DNA of 64,000 bases from Candidatus Kapaibacterium sp. (GTDB lineage: Bacteria > Bacteroidota > Ignavibacteria > Palsa-1295), in contig JBBQGG010000002.1 in the NCBI GenBank assembly GCA_038322815.1, positions 41,899-105,898 on the forward strand, given 5' to 3'. Position 1 is the stretch's first letter. Every line of letters starts with the position of its first letter. The notes under the pieces are model-generated. The model had not been told where the DNA came from, did not search any database, and saw only the letters and a list, made by a program, of their open reading frames with translations. This document shows, in pieces, positions 10,693 to 19,465 of this stretch. The position numbers were made by a program, and so were the translations under genes.

Positions 10693-12000
10693 TCAATGGG
10701 TGATTAAACAGTTAATAACCGATCTATACTGTTCCGTTTGTATTGATAGGATATATGTACCAGAAGGAATCGAATGAACATCAATGGGCATAGTGTGTTG
10801 TCCTTCTGTTTGAATTTTATTCGTAAATGGTGAAAGGAGAACATGGCCTGCAATATCATAAAGTGCAATGCTTACGTGTTGAGCTAGGGGAAGAGAATAA
10901 TTAATCGATACTGTTGAATTGCTCGGATTTGGGATAGTTGAAATGTGTAAGGAATCAGTCGCAGGAGGGTTTACCCAAGAATACCCTCCATTATATGTAT
11001 GAAGAATAGTGCCTCCCGTTCCAACTGCCCATCCATTAATGCTATCGGCAAATGTTATATCATAAAGATCGTTAGGAACTCCGGTGTATTGCCGTGCCCA
11101 CGTTGCACCACTATTTGTAGATCTGAAAATTTTCCCTACTCCACCGGCTACACTAATATTATTCTTGTTCGAAGCTGTAATTGAAGTCATTGGAGTTTCT
11201 TCTGAATCACCCAACAAAGACGCGGTGAAACTATATCCGAGGTTTATGCTTTTGAATATGGCTTTTGTACTACCAAAATAGTTTCCGACTACCATAATGG
11301 TATTCGTATCGAGAAATACAATATCGTCAAATGCCGTCTTATCGAAATACTGTCTGCAAGGATAACGCCAGGAATCTCCACCGTCAGTTGTCAAAAAGAT
11401 ACTTGCTGCGAATTCTCGCGGAACAGGATCAAATAATCCAGAACCGACGGCAATGATGGTGAGAGAGTCATACGAAGCGAAAGCTCGGATTCTATCAGAC
11501 CCCATAAAAGTTGTATCTGCAATCCATGTTTTACCGCCGTCGTATGTTTTGGAGACGTGTTGAGGGCCATACAAGAATCCTCGATTTGGTGTGGTAAAAT
11601 GGACTATGTCAACATCGCGCCCTGCTGCATAATCATTCCAAGTTTCTCCACCGTCCGTAGTAGCTGAGATCCATGCACGGCCTTTAGTACTATGTGCCCA
11701 GCCATGCAACCGATCAAGGAATTGAAATACAAACCTTCCGTTTTGATACGTCCTCCAAGTATTCCCTCCGTCAGTCGTATAATTTGAACCTGCCCAGCCA
11801 GTATCTTTATTTAGAAACTGGATGCTAACGATATCATTCGTTACTCCGCTATTTTGCCTTATCCATCCCTGAACTCCTTCTTGAGATTGCCCGGGTTGAT
11901 TCTCGATTTGATTCTGGGCAAGACTTGCGCCTGCAAAAAATGCTGCGAAAAAGAATGTGATGATGATTTTCATAGAATACTCCTCAATAGGTTTATACAA
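10693..12000 (-). CDS. BNR/Ycf48-like repeat protein with T9SS C-terminal sorting domain
   Basis: It has a signal peptide, repeated TxDGGxTW motifs and a C-terminal sorting domain. Confidence 0.7.
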   Translation of the reverse strand: MYKPIEEYSMKIIITFFFAAFFAGASLAQNQIENQPGQSQEGVQGWIRQNSGVTNDIVSIQFLNKDTGWAGSNYTTDGGNTWRTYQNGRFVFQFLDRLHGWAHSTKGRAWISATTDGGETWNDYAAGRDVDIVHFTTPNRGFLYGPQHVSKTYDGGKTWIADTTFMGSDRIRAFASYDSLTIIAVGSGLFDPVPREFAASIFLTTDGGDSWRYPCRQYFDKTAFDDIVFLDTNTIMVVGNYFGSTKAIFKSINLGYSFTASLLGDSEETPMTSITASNKNNISVAGGVGKIFRSTNSGATWARQYTGVPNDLYDITFADSINGWAVGTGGTILHTYNGGYSWVNPPATDSLHISTIPNPSNSTVSINYSLPLAQHVSIALYDIAGHVLLSPFTNKIQTEGQHTMPIDVHSIPSGTYILSIQTEQYRSVINCLITH

Positions 12001-12338
12001 ATATACTATCTTTATGCCTCTAATTAAAGACGCGTATAAAGATGTTCATTAATAACCCTATTTAAAAGACACTTGAAGTCCCTAAAAGTTACGTTTTTAT
12101 TTCGCTAAATTTACGGTATTTGTGAAATTGATTGTTCGGTTTTGAAATACTGATTACACTGTGTAGAGCGCTGGAATCAGGCTCTTTATATTATTATGAA
12201 CTATTCTCCCTAAATAACCGTATTTTTAATCCCGTTCATTACTACGGCTGCCACTTGGGGTGTTGATGTTGTGTATTTTATTGCGGCAAGAAACGCAATG
12301 TGAGATAGTCTCACAAATTTGTCTATGAGGAGAAAACT

Positions 12339-14216
12339 ATGAAAATCTTTACGAAACACACAGTATATATATTCTTACTACTGAGCTCTTTAGCATTATC
12401 TAACTCTGCGCGCGCAGATGATGATTATGATATAGGCAACCCGACTCTAAAAGAGATATGGGTTGATCCCGTACACGGTCTTGATCTGCCCAATAGGGGT
12501 TCTACCCGCGCTTTAGCTCTTAAATCTGTTACGAAAGCATGGGCGCAAATTCCTCAGACCTTGCATAATACCGGATATATAATATGGCTGACACCGGGGA
12601 CATATTCTCCTGATGACGTTCCGACAATATTTCAATCGGTCTATGGTACGGCGGATAACCCTGTTATCTTTCAAGCGGCAGATGATACAGGCGCCGTCAT
12701 CCTGCCTTCGATAGATGTTACAACCTGCCAGTATTTTTACATGATCGGTATTCACATTACACATTCCGGTGCAAGCCAGGGATCCTATGCAATAAATTTC
12801 AGGGCATGTGACCATATACTTCTTCGTCATTGTACATTCACCGGTTCTGATTCTACTTCAAGTGATACTGCTTTTCTCGGAGCCGGTTTTTACCAATGCC
12901 AGCATACGTATCTCGAGCATCTAGAGTTTGACAAAACATCGGGCAGTGCAATTGATCTCTATGCATCGCAATACGGACATATTAAGAATTCTTCGATCCA
13001 TAATTACGGAGAAAGCGGAATACTCCTGCGGGGCGGCACAGCATATTTTTCAATTCAGGAAAATACCATATTTTCCGGAAATGGCGGCGGTATAACCTGT
13101 TACTCGCCGGATACGGGCAGAGGTATAGATAATTTGGTGATGCCGTGGGCTCATTATGAAGTGTATGATATTAAATGTTTTAATAATATTATTCATCATA
13201 CTCATGCAGCAGGGTTTTCCTGCAGTGGAGGATATAATATTCTCTTTGCACATAATACTCTCTATCAGACAGGATTAAATAATTCTCTCGTGATCCTCGG
13301 ACTTGCCAGGCGCGCTCGGTCTATTGATATTGATATTGCACGTGAGCGTATTGATTCCGGTGCATGGGGCACATGGTATCTCGACCGTGCCGATAGCGAT
13401 GCCGCCCCGATCCCTAATAAAAATATTTTTGTTTATAATAATGTCTTTCTTAATACGTCTGATTCTGCAACGACTTCATCACATTTCACTATTGCCGGAC
13501 CGGCAACTACAATCGCGTTTAACGCTTCATGCCCAAAGCCGGCATTTGCAGATGATAACGTGAAGATCAGAGGCAATATTATTTGGAACGGCAAATCAAA
13601 AGATCTTGGTATCAACCCAAGTTCAGGATGCGGTCCATCGAATCCGTCCTGCAATCAAACCCAACTCTATAGTGATAACCTGATCAATTCTGCCGAACCG
13701 GAATTTTTGAATGCCGCAGCCGGAAATTTTCATCCAACTCGCGGAAGCATTATCTATACCCTTGCAAAAGCATTTCCCATTCCGGATTTTTCATGGACAG
13801 GACTTCCTCCAAAACCGCATGAGCCGACAGGAAACACATCGAACAGCATTCCATTCGATAGAGATAGTAACCACCGCAATCCGAGTTTACCTATAGCAGG
13901 TGTGTTCGATATTTCAACATCTACGGTTGACGGCAAGGTAAATCTTCAGGATAATATTTCTCTTTTGCAGAATTTCCCTAATCCGGCACATACGATGACA
14001 ACGATCGAATTCCGCTTACGACACCATGCTCAGGTTACGCTGGAAGTTTACGATATTCTTGGAGTAAAAATTGCAACGCTTATCTCAGAGGCGCTCGAGC
14101 AGGGCGATCATTTGGTAAATTGGAACACTTCGACACTGGTAACAGGCAAATACTTTTACCGTATAGTAACAGAGAATACCACGCAGACGAAACAAATGAC
14201 AATCGTAAAGTTTTAA
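12339..14216 (+). CDS. right-handed parallel beta-helix (pectin-lyase fold) protein with T9SS C-terminal sorting domain
   Basis: It has a signal peptide, beta-helix repeat motifs (NNIIHHTHAAGFSCSGGYNILFAHNTLY) and a C-terminal sorting domain. Confidence 0.7.
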   Translation: MKIFTKHTVYIFLLLSSLALSNSARADDDYDIGNPTLKEIWVDPVHGLDLPNRGSTRALALKSVTKAWAQIPQTLHNTGYIIWLTPGTYSPDDVPTIFQSVYGTADNPVIFQAADDTGAVILPSIDVTTCQYFYMIGIHITHSGASQGSYAINFRACDHILLRHCTFTGSDSTSSDTAFLGAGFYQCQHTYLEHLEFDKTSGSAIDLYASQYGHIKNSSIHNYGESGILLRGGTAYFSIQENTIFSGNGGGITCYSPDTGRGIDNLVMPWAHYEVYDIKCFNNIIHHTHAAGFSCSGGYNILFAHNTLYQTGLNNSLVILGLARRARSIDIDIARERIDSGAWGTWYLDRADSDAAPIPNKNIFVYNNVFLNTSDSATTSSHFTIAGPATTIAFNASCPKPAFADDNVKIRGNIIWNGKSKDLGINPSSGCGPSNPSCNQTQLYSDNLINSAEPEFLNAAAGNFHPTRGSIIYTLAKAFPIPDFSWTGLPPKPHEPTGNTSNSIPFDRDSNHRNPSLPIAGVFDISTSTVDGKVNLQDNISLLQNFPNPAHTMTTIEFRLRHHAQVTLEVYDILGVKIATLISEALEQGDHLVNWNTSTLVTGKYFYRIVTENTTQTKQMTIVKF

Positions 14217-14236
14217 ATTCTCTTTCATATACATTC

Positions 14237-15055
14237 ATGCTTCGGTATTTTATCCGGGTTTTTATTGTATCTTTTCTTATCCACAACGTGGCAATGCCTT
14301 TATTCTCCCAAACATATAAAGGCAAACCTGTTTCGCATGTTTCTCTTATCGCCGGCAACATTCTTTCAGGCAAAGGTTTTACCCTTGGGATCAAAATGGA
14401 TCTCGAGCCGCAATGGCATGCCTATTGGAAAAACCCCGGCGATGCCGGTTTGCCAATGACAGCGAAAATAACAGATGGACATGGATATACTTCCGGCGAG
14501 CTGCGATATCCAACGCCGCATAAATATAAAACCGGTGATGAAGTTCTTTTCGGTTACGATTCTGAAGTTGTTTTTTTGCTTCCAATAAAAGTATCTCCGG
14601 GAGCAGGATCGCAGCCACAGTTCAAAGTAAAGCTCACTTGGCTTGCCTGCAAAGAAGTTTGTTTGCCCGGCGAAGCTACACTTGAGTTCAGATCCGATAC
14701 GATCAGCCCTCCTCAGCGGAAAGAAAATCAAAGATTGCTTGATCGCTGGACGGCAAGGCTTCCTCAGCCGGGAGAAGGATTTAATTTAGATAAGGTCGGA
14801 ACAACGGTTACCGAAGTAAATGGAAAGCTTTCGGTCTTTATGAAATTTTTAGAAATGGCTCCGGGCACGATCACTGATTTCTTTCCCGATGTGATCGAAG
14901 GATTTGTCGCCGACCATGCAAATATTGTCATAGGGGAAACCGGTATTACACTTTCACTAACCCCTGAAAGTAAGGCTTCGAAGCTCTCCGAAATAAAAGG
15001 ATTAATTCTTATCGGAACAAGCGGGTACGAAGTGAATATTCCGGTCAGGAATTAA
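14237..15055 (+). CDS. DsbD N-terminal (alpha) domain-like thiol:disulfide interchange protein
   Basis: It has a signal peptide starting MLRYFIRVFIVSFL. The segments WHAYWKNPGDAGLP and LTWLACKEVCLPG resemble the DsbD-alpha domain. The 14120 start of the track ORF overlaps the preceding gene and is rejected. Confidence 0.45.
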   Translation: MLRYFIRVFIVSFLIHNVAMPLFSQTYKGKPVSHVSLIAGNILSGKGFTLGIKMDLEPQWHAYWKNPGDAGLPMTAKITDGHGYTSGELRYPTPHKYKTGDEVLFGYDSEVVFLLPIKVSPGAGSQPQFKVKLTWLACKEVCLPGEATLEFRSDTISPPQRKENQRLLDRWTARLPQPGEGFNLDKVGTTVTEVNGKLSVFMKFLEMAPGTITDFFPDVIEGFVADHANIVIGETGITLSLTPESKASKLSEIKGLILIGTSGYEVNIPVRN

Positions 15056-15117
15056 GAATCTTCAGAAACAAGGCGGCCGATCATCCGTTTAATCTTTTTT
15101 ACAAATGATCTGCAATT

Positions 15118-15729
15118 ATGAAAATGATCGCTTTTTTTCTGAATATATTTTTGACTATGCTTTTTTTCGCACCTGCAATTGTTAGTGCCGATCCTCCCCT
15201 CACGGGCAAAGCTGCTCCGAGCTTCACCTTGAATGACGTAGATGGTAAACCTGTCAAGCTTTCTGATTTCAAAGGCAAGATCGTTGTTCTCGAGTGGATC
15301 AATGAAGGCTGTCCCTTCGTCAAAGGACATTACGAAAATGGGAACATGCCATCATTGCAACAGAAATATACTGCCCAAGATGTTGTATGGCTGACGATCA
15401 ATTCCACCCGTCCGGATAACTCCGAAGCATACAATGCTGGGCAGAGTAAAGAGATACTTGCGAAGTGGCATTCACATGCGACTGCAAATTTAATGGATGG
15501 GGACCGCACGGTCGGTCATCTTTATGATGCTAAGACAACTCCGCACATGTTCGTCATCGATAAAGACGGAATCCTCCGTTATCAAGGTGCAATAGATGAT
15601 GATCGCTCAGCAGGCGGCGGAAAAAAAGCAACGGTGAACTACGTAGCGCAAGCACTTGATGCACTTCTTGCTGGAAAAGAAGTTGTAACCAGTACGACAA
15701 AGTCGTATGGCTGTTCGGTGAAGTATTAG
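15118..15729 (+). CDS. secreted thioredoxin-fold (redoxin-like) protein
   Basis: It has a signal peptide. The segment VLEWINEGCPFVKGHY is redoxin-like and the overall fold looks thioredoxin-like. Confidence 0.55.
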   Translation: MKMIAFFLNIFLTMLFFAPAIVSADPPLTGKAAPSFTLNDVDGKPVKLSDFKGKIVVLEWINEGCPFVKGHYENGNMPSLQQKYTAQDVVWLTINSTRPDNSEAYNAGQSKEILAKWHSHATANLMDGDRTVGHLYDAKTTPHMFVIDKDGILRYQGAIDDDRSAGGGKKATVNYVAQALDALLAGKEVVTSTTKSYGCSVKY

Positions 15730-15824
15730 AGAGAATGTAGAAACGAGAATAATGAACATTCCCGTTTCTCTGCTACAACCATTCTCCCGTTAAAATCCGA
15801 TGTTAAGCTTTATGGCCGCGATCC

Positions 15825-16034
15825 TTAGTTCGGATCGAAGGCAAACCGTTCAAGGATGATGCCGCCGGGTTTATGATTTAAGCAAAAGAGAACTCTGTTC
15901 CTGCCGTCAGATGAGGGAATGGTAACTCCTCCGAGATATCCGGAATACCCGCAATACTTACAGCATCCCATTTTTTTGATCTCGGCGTTAAATCTTTCTT
16001 TTACTAGTTTGTCTCCAATCGCTGTCTTTTCCAT
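15825..16034 (-). CDS. small Cys-rich hypothetical ORF (doubtful)
   Basis: Only ORF-track support. It lies inside the scar region between the redoxin gene and its relic fragment. Confidence 0.2.
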   Translation of the reverse strand: MEKTAIGDKLVKERFNAEIKKMGCCKYCGYSGYLGGVTIPSSDGRNRVLFCLNHKPGGIILERFAFDPN

Positions 16035-16220
16035 TGTCGTATGTCGTTATAGTCTGTTAAGAAGTAATGATGAATTATTCCGGTCTTTGAATCGGTGATC
16101 ACCATGACTCGGAAGTAGTAATATAACGAACGTTGCTCGGGCGATGTGACGTACTATCCCTTAAAAATAAAAAAAAACGAAGAGCCTGCTTTCTCTCTCC
16201 TTTTTTTTTCGGATCGGGCA

Positions 16221-16340
16221 GGCATACTCCGCTACCAGGGCGCAATAGATGACGACCGCTCAGCAGGCGGCGGCAAGAAATCCCACATCAACTAAGTCAT
16301 GAAAGCCCTCGACGCCCTCTTGGGCGACAAAGCGGGGCAT
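16221..16340 (+). pseudogene. relic fragment of the last ~40 codons of a redoxin paralog/xenolog
   Basis: It translates to YQGAIDDDRSAGGGKKSHIN(TAA)VMKALDALLGDKAGH. The 15118..15729 gene ends ...YQGAIDDDRSAGGGKKATVNYVAQALDALLAGKEV. Third positions in the fragment are GC-rich, unlike the host. Confidence 0.5.
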
Positions 16341-16354
16341 TAAGGTATTTTTTT

Positions 16355-16412
16355 TATTTGTAGATTTTTCTCTACCTCTGTCGCTATCGCGCCAGAGTCC
16401 GTTCTAAATGAC
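16355..16412. repeat. half copy (right arm) of the palindromic element at 6540-6715
   Basis: The sequence tagatttttctctacctctgtcgctatcgcgccagagtccgttctaaatgacaagg aligns to 6655-6712. Confidence 0.4.
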
Positions 16413-16427
16413 AAGGTTGAGATGCTG

Positions 16428-17234
16428 TCAGCTCTTAATAACTATCGCTTGTCCGCTCGGCATGGCAAGCGGCTGTTCGGGCTTGTTAGCGAAAAATTCA
16501 TCCACTGCTTGTCTTGCACCCGGGCAGGTCGGAAAACCGTAATCATCGAAAATGATAAAGCCGCCGGGCATGAGGCGCGGATAGATGAAATCTAATGAGT
16601 CGAGAATGGATTGATAAATATCGACGTCAATATGTGCGAAGGAAATTTTTGAAAATTCCAAGCCTTTGAACGTATCGGGAATAAATCCTTTATGGGTGAC
16701 GACCAGATCTGGATACCCGACTCTGCTAGTGACAACTTCTTCGCTCGTATCTTTGAAGTCTCCGCTCTTATGCCAATCTTTTTGTGCATTCACATCAGGC
16801 ATTCCCTCAAAGGTATCAAAGAGATGAAGTTTGGTGCCGCTGTGCTTTCCGTATTCAGCAATGACCTTTGCAAGCAGGATCGCCGTGCCGCCTTTATAGA
16901 CTCCACATTCCCAGAACTCGCCGCCGAGAGCAAGCGCTTGTTTACCAAATGTATAGAGCACGTAACACCTATCTGCGGTGACAAGGGTATATTTTTCTGC
17001 GGCTTCGACGAAAGGTTTGAACTCGCCATAACCCAGCCAAGGACTGAAATATGGTTTATAAAACTGCGCATCGGGAATTCCCCGCACCGTTTTTACCTTC
17101 TGTACCTTTAATGAAGTGAAAAGATTGATGAATCTTTCTATCTTTTTGAGCATAGTATATAATGATGAGGTAGAAAAACCCGATTTAGCTAACTCACGTG
17201 CCAGAAATTTTTCGAAGAATGGAATTACAACCAC
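16428..17234 (-). CDS. TylF/MycF-family (macrocin O-methyltransferase-like) SAM-dependent methyltransferase
   Basis: It has the motifs GEFWECGVYKGGT, HLFDTFEGMP and FIIFDDYG. The true start may be the downstream Met at 17153. Confidence 0.75.
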   Translation of the reverse strand: MVVIPFFEKFLARELAKSGFSTSSLYTMLKKIERFINLFTSLKVQKVKTVRGIPDAQFYKPYFSPWLGYGEFKPFVEAAEKYTLVTADRCYVLYTFGKQALALGGEFWECGVYKGGTAILLAKVIAEYGKHSGTKLHLFDTFEGMPDVNAQKDWHKSGDFKDTSEEVVTSRVGYPDLVVTHKGFIPDTFKGLEFSKISFAHIDVDIYQSILDSLDFIYPRLMPGGFIIFDDYGFPTCPGARQAVDEFFANKPEQPLAMPSGQAIVIKS

Positions 17235-18016
17235 TGCTTTTGCACCCTATCGGTATTATCCGCACTCCGTTTGCCGACAGGGTGGATGCTCCGCGTCAGC
17301 CGGATCATAAAGGCGAAGGCTCTTCGGGAAAGATCATTCTCGAACCCGGGCATAATTTTGAGCAAGCTTTGGAAGATCTTGAGGGATTTGAAAAGATTTG
17401 GCTGCTCTATCAATTTGATCGCAATACAAATTGGAAACCGAAAGTGCTTCCGCCGCGAGGTGATAGGATAAAGCGCGGAGTGTTTGCAACGCGTTCGCCT
17501 CACCGGCCTAATCCCATAGGACTTTCGCTTGTCACAGTACTTGAAGTTAACGGAAGAAATATATATGTGGATGGAGTTGATATCCTCGATAAAACTCCTC
17601 TGTTCGATATTAAACCATACCTTGCTTATGCAGAAGCTTTTCCCGATGCAAGATCAGGATGGCTTGAAGAAACTATTCATAATGAATCTTTAAAAGAGCG
17701 ACGCATTTTTATCATAGATGGCCTTGCCCGTGAACAATTGCAGTGGCTCAATAAAAATTTCCGGATCGATCTTCTCCCTATTGCTGAAAGAGTATTAGAA
17801 CATGATCCTTTTCCTCATCCATCAAGGCGAATCTTCAAAGAAAAAAACGGCGAATTTATGATCGCCATTAAAAGCTGGAGACTTCGCTATCGGATCGAAG
17901 AGAATACCATTGTCATCGTTAAAGTCGAAAGCGGATATACAGCAGAAGCTTTGCGATCAAAGAATGGAATAATTCATCAGGAAGATGCTCATGAAGCATT
18001 TCACAGATCATGGTAA
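17219..18016 (+). CDS. trmO: tRNA (N6-threonylcarbamoyladenosine(37)-N6)-methyltransferase TrmO (YaeB/TsaA family)
   Basis: It has the motifs PIGIIRTPF, PNPIGLS and VDGVDILDKTPLFDIKPY. The ATG at 17219 is preferred over the GTG at 17198. Confidence 0.7.
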   Translation: MELQPLLLHPIGIIRTPFADRVDAPRQPDHKGEGSSGKIILEPGHNFEQALEDLEGFEKIWLLYQFDRNTNWKPKVLPPRGDRIKRGVFATRSPHRPNPIGLSLVTVLEVNGRNIYVDGVDILDKTPLFDIKPYLAYAEAFPDARSGWLEETIHNESLKERRIFIIDGLAREQLQWLNKNFRIDLLPIAERVLEHDPFPHPSRRIFKEKNGEFMIAIKSWRLRYRIEENTIVIVKVESGYTAEALRSKNGIIHQEDAHEAFHRSW

Positions 18017-18104
18017 GGAAAGTATTTCTCAGGCATTGCCCTGAACCTGTCCTTGTTGAAGAATTGTTACATTTCCCTCAATTAAAAGTGTAAAAGAAAT
18101 ATCT

Positions 18105-18812
18105 ATGGGCAGAGCATTCGAATTCCGTAAAGTACGTAAGATGAAGCGCTGGGACAAAATGTCTAAAGCGTTTACTAAACTGGGCAAGGAAATCGCCGTT
18201 GCCGTTAAACTTGGCGGACCGGATCCGGAATCTAACCCACGTCTGCGTGCAGCTATTCAGAATGCTAAAGGCGTTAATATGCCGAAAGACCGCGTCGAAG
18301 GTGCGATCCACCGTGCTTCGAGCAAAGACGCAGCCGATATTCAGGAAATTGTCTACCAAGGATACGGCCCTCATGGCATCGCTCTTGTGATCGAATGTGC
18401 CGCCGATAACCCTACCCGAACTGTTGCAAATATCCGCACCTATTTCAATCGCGCCGGTGGAACAATGGGTACTTCCGGATCGCTTGATTTTATGTTCGAA
18501 CGCAAAGGGGTCTTCAAAATTCCGGCAGCCGGAATAAATATGGAAGAGCTTGAACTCGATCTCATTGATTCCGGAGCTGAAGATATAACAAAAGAAGATG
18601 ACGAAATCATCGTTTATACTTCGTTTCAGGATTTTGTTGGAATGCAAAAAGCTCTCGAAGAAAAAAATATCGCTGTAACCGAAGCAAAGATCGAACGCAT
18701 ACCAACGACAACGAAAGAACTCACGGAAGAACAAGCCAACGATGTATTTGAAATGATAGAAAAGGTTGAAGAAGATGATGACGTGCAAGCAGTTTATCAC
18801 ACGGTAGCCTAG
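18105..18812 (+). CDS. YebC/PmpR-family DNA-binding transcriptional regulator
   Basis: The full-length sequence matches the family pattern, with the segments AIQNAKGVNMPKD and YEGYGPHG. Confidence 0.9.
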   Translation: MGRAFEFRKVRKMKRWDKMSKAFTKLGKEIAVAVKLGGPDPESNPRLRAAIQNAKGVNMPKDRVEGAIHRASSKDAADIQEIVYQGYGPHGIALVIECAADNPTRTVANIRTYFNRAGGTMGTSGSLDFMFERKGVFKIPAAGINMEELELDLIDSGAEDITKEDDEIIVYTSFQDFVGMQKALEEKNIAVTEAKIERIPTTTKELTEEQANDVFEMIEKVEEDDDVQAVYHTVA

Positions 18813-18895
18813 ACGCGGTTCCGATTTCTCCGGAACACTTCTCGCATTTCCGGCGTATAGCAGGAGTTCCATTTACATGGGATACCATATATATT

Positions 18896-19390
18896 ATGCC
18901 ATCACAGAAAGCCACAAAAGAATCGAAGGAGATCATCAATGATATCCGGCGCCTCGTGCAATCGATCCGCATGGCATCGAGCGAATCGGAGCAAAGTGTC
19001 GGGCTGACTGCTGCCCAGCTTTTTGTCATGCATAAACTTGGCGAAGAGGGCGGCTTGTCGATCAATGATCTTGCCGATCGTACCCTGACGCATCAAAGCT
19101 CGGTCTCCGTTATTGTGCAGAAGCTGGAGGAGAAGGGCCTGGTCAGCAGGCTACGCGCGGCTGAAGATGGAAGAAGGTTCGAACTGACGCTGAGTAAGAA
19201 GGGAGCGGCATTGCTAAAAAAAGCCCCTCATTCAATTCAGGAAAGACTTATCAAAGCTCTCAAGAAAATGGAACCGGATATGCGGCATCAATTCTCGGTC
19301 ACCTTCACTTCATTCCTCAGTTTGGCAAATATCAAAGGCGATGCGCCGATGATGTTTGATGAAACCGTCACACAGAAAAGGAAAAAATAA
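18896..19390 (+). CDS. MarR-family transcriptional regulator
   Basis: It has a winged-helix region (LTAAQLFVMHKLGEEGGLSINDLADRTLTHQSSVSVIVQKLEEKGLV). Confidence 0.8.
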   Translation: MPSQKATKESKEIINDIRRLVQSIRMASSESEQSVGLTAAQLFVMHKLGEEGGLSINDLADRTLTHQSSVSVIVQKLEEKGLVSRLRAAEDGRRFELTLSKKGAALLKKAPHSIQERLIKALKKMEPDMRHQFSVTFTSFLSLANIKGDAPMMFDETVTQKRKK

Positions 19391-19465
19391 TTGCAAGATT
19401 ACAATCATGAAGTAGAGCGGTCATCGACGACTGAGGGTTTGCCTGTTGCACCCGGATTAGGCGAG

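Noticed and set aside
14120-14236. Upstream TTG start of the DsbD-like ORF
   Set aside because: It overlaps the end of the preceding gene by ~100 nt, and the signal peptide begins at the ATG at 14237.
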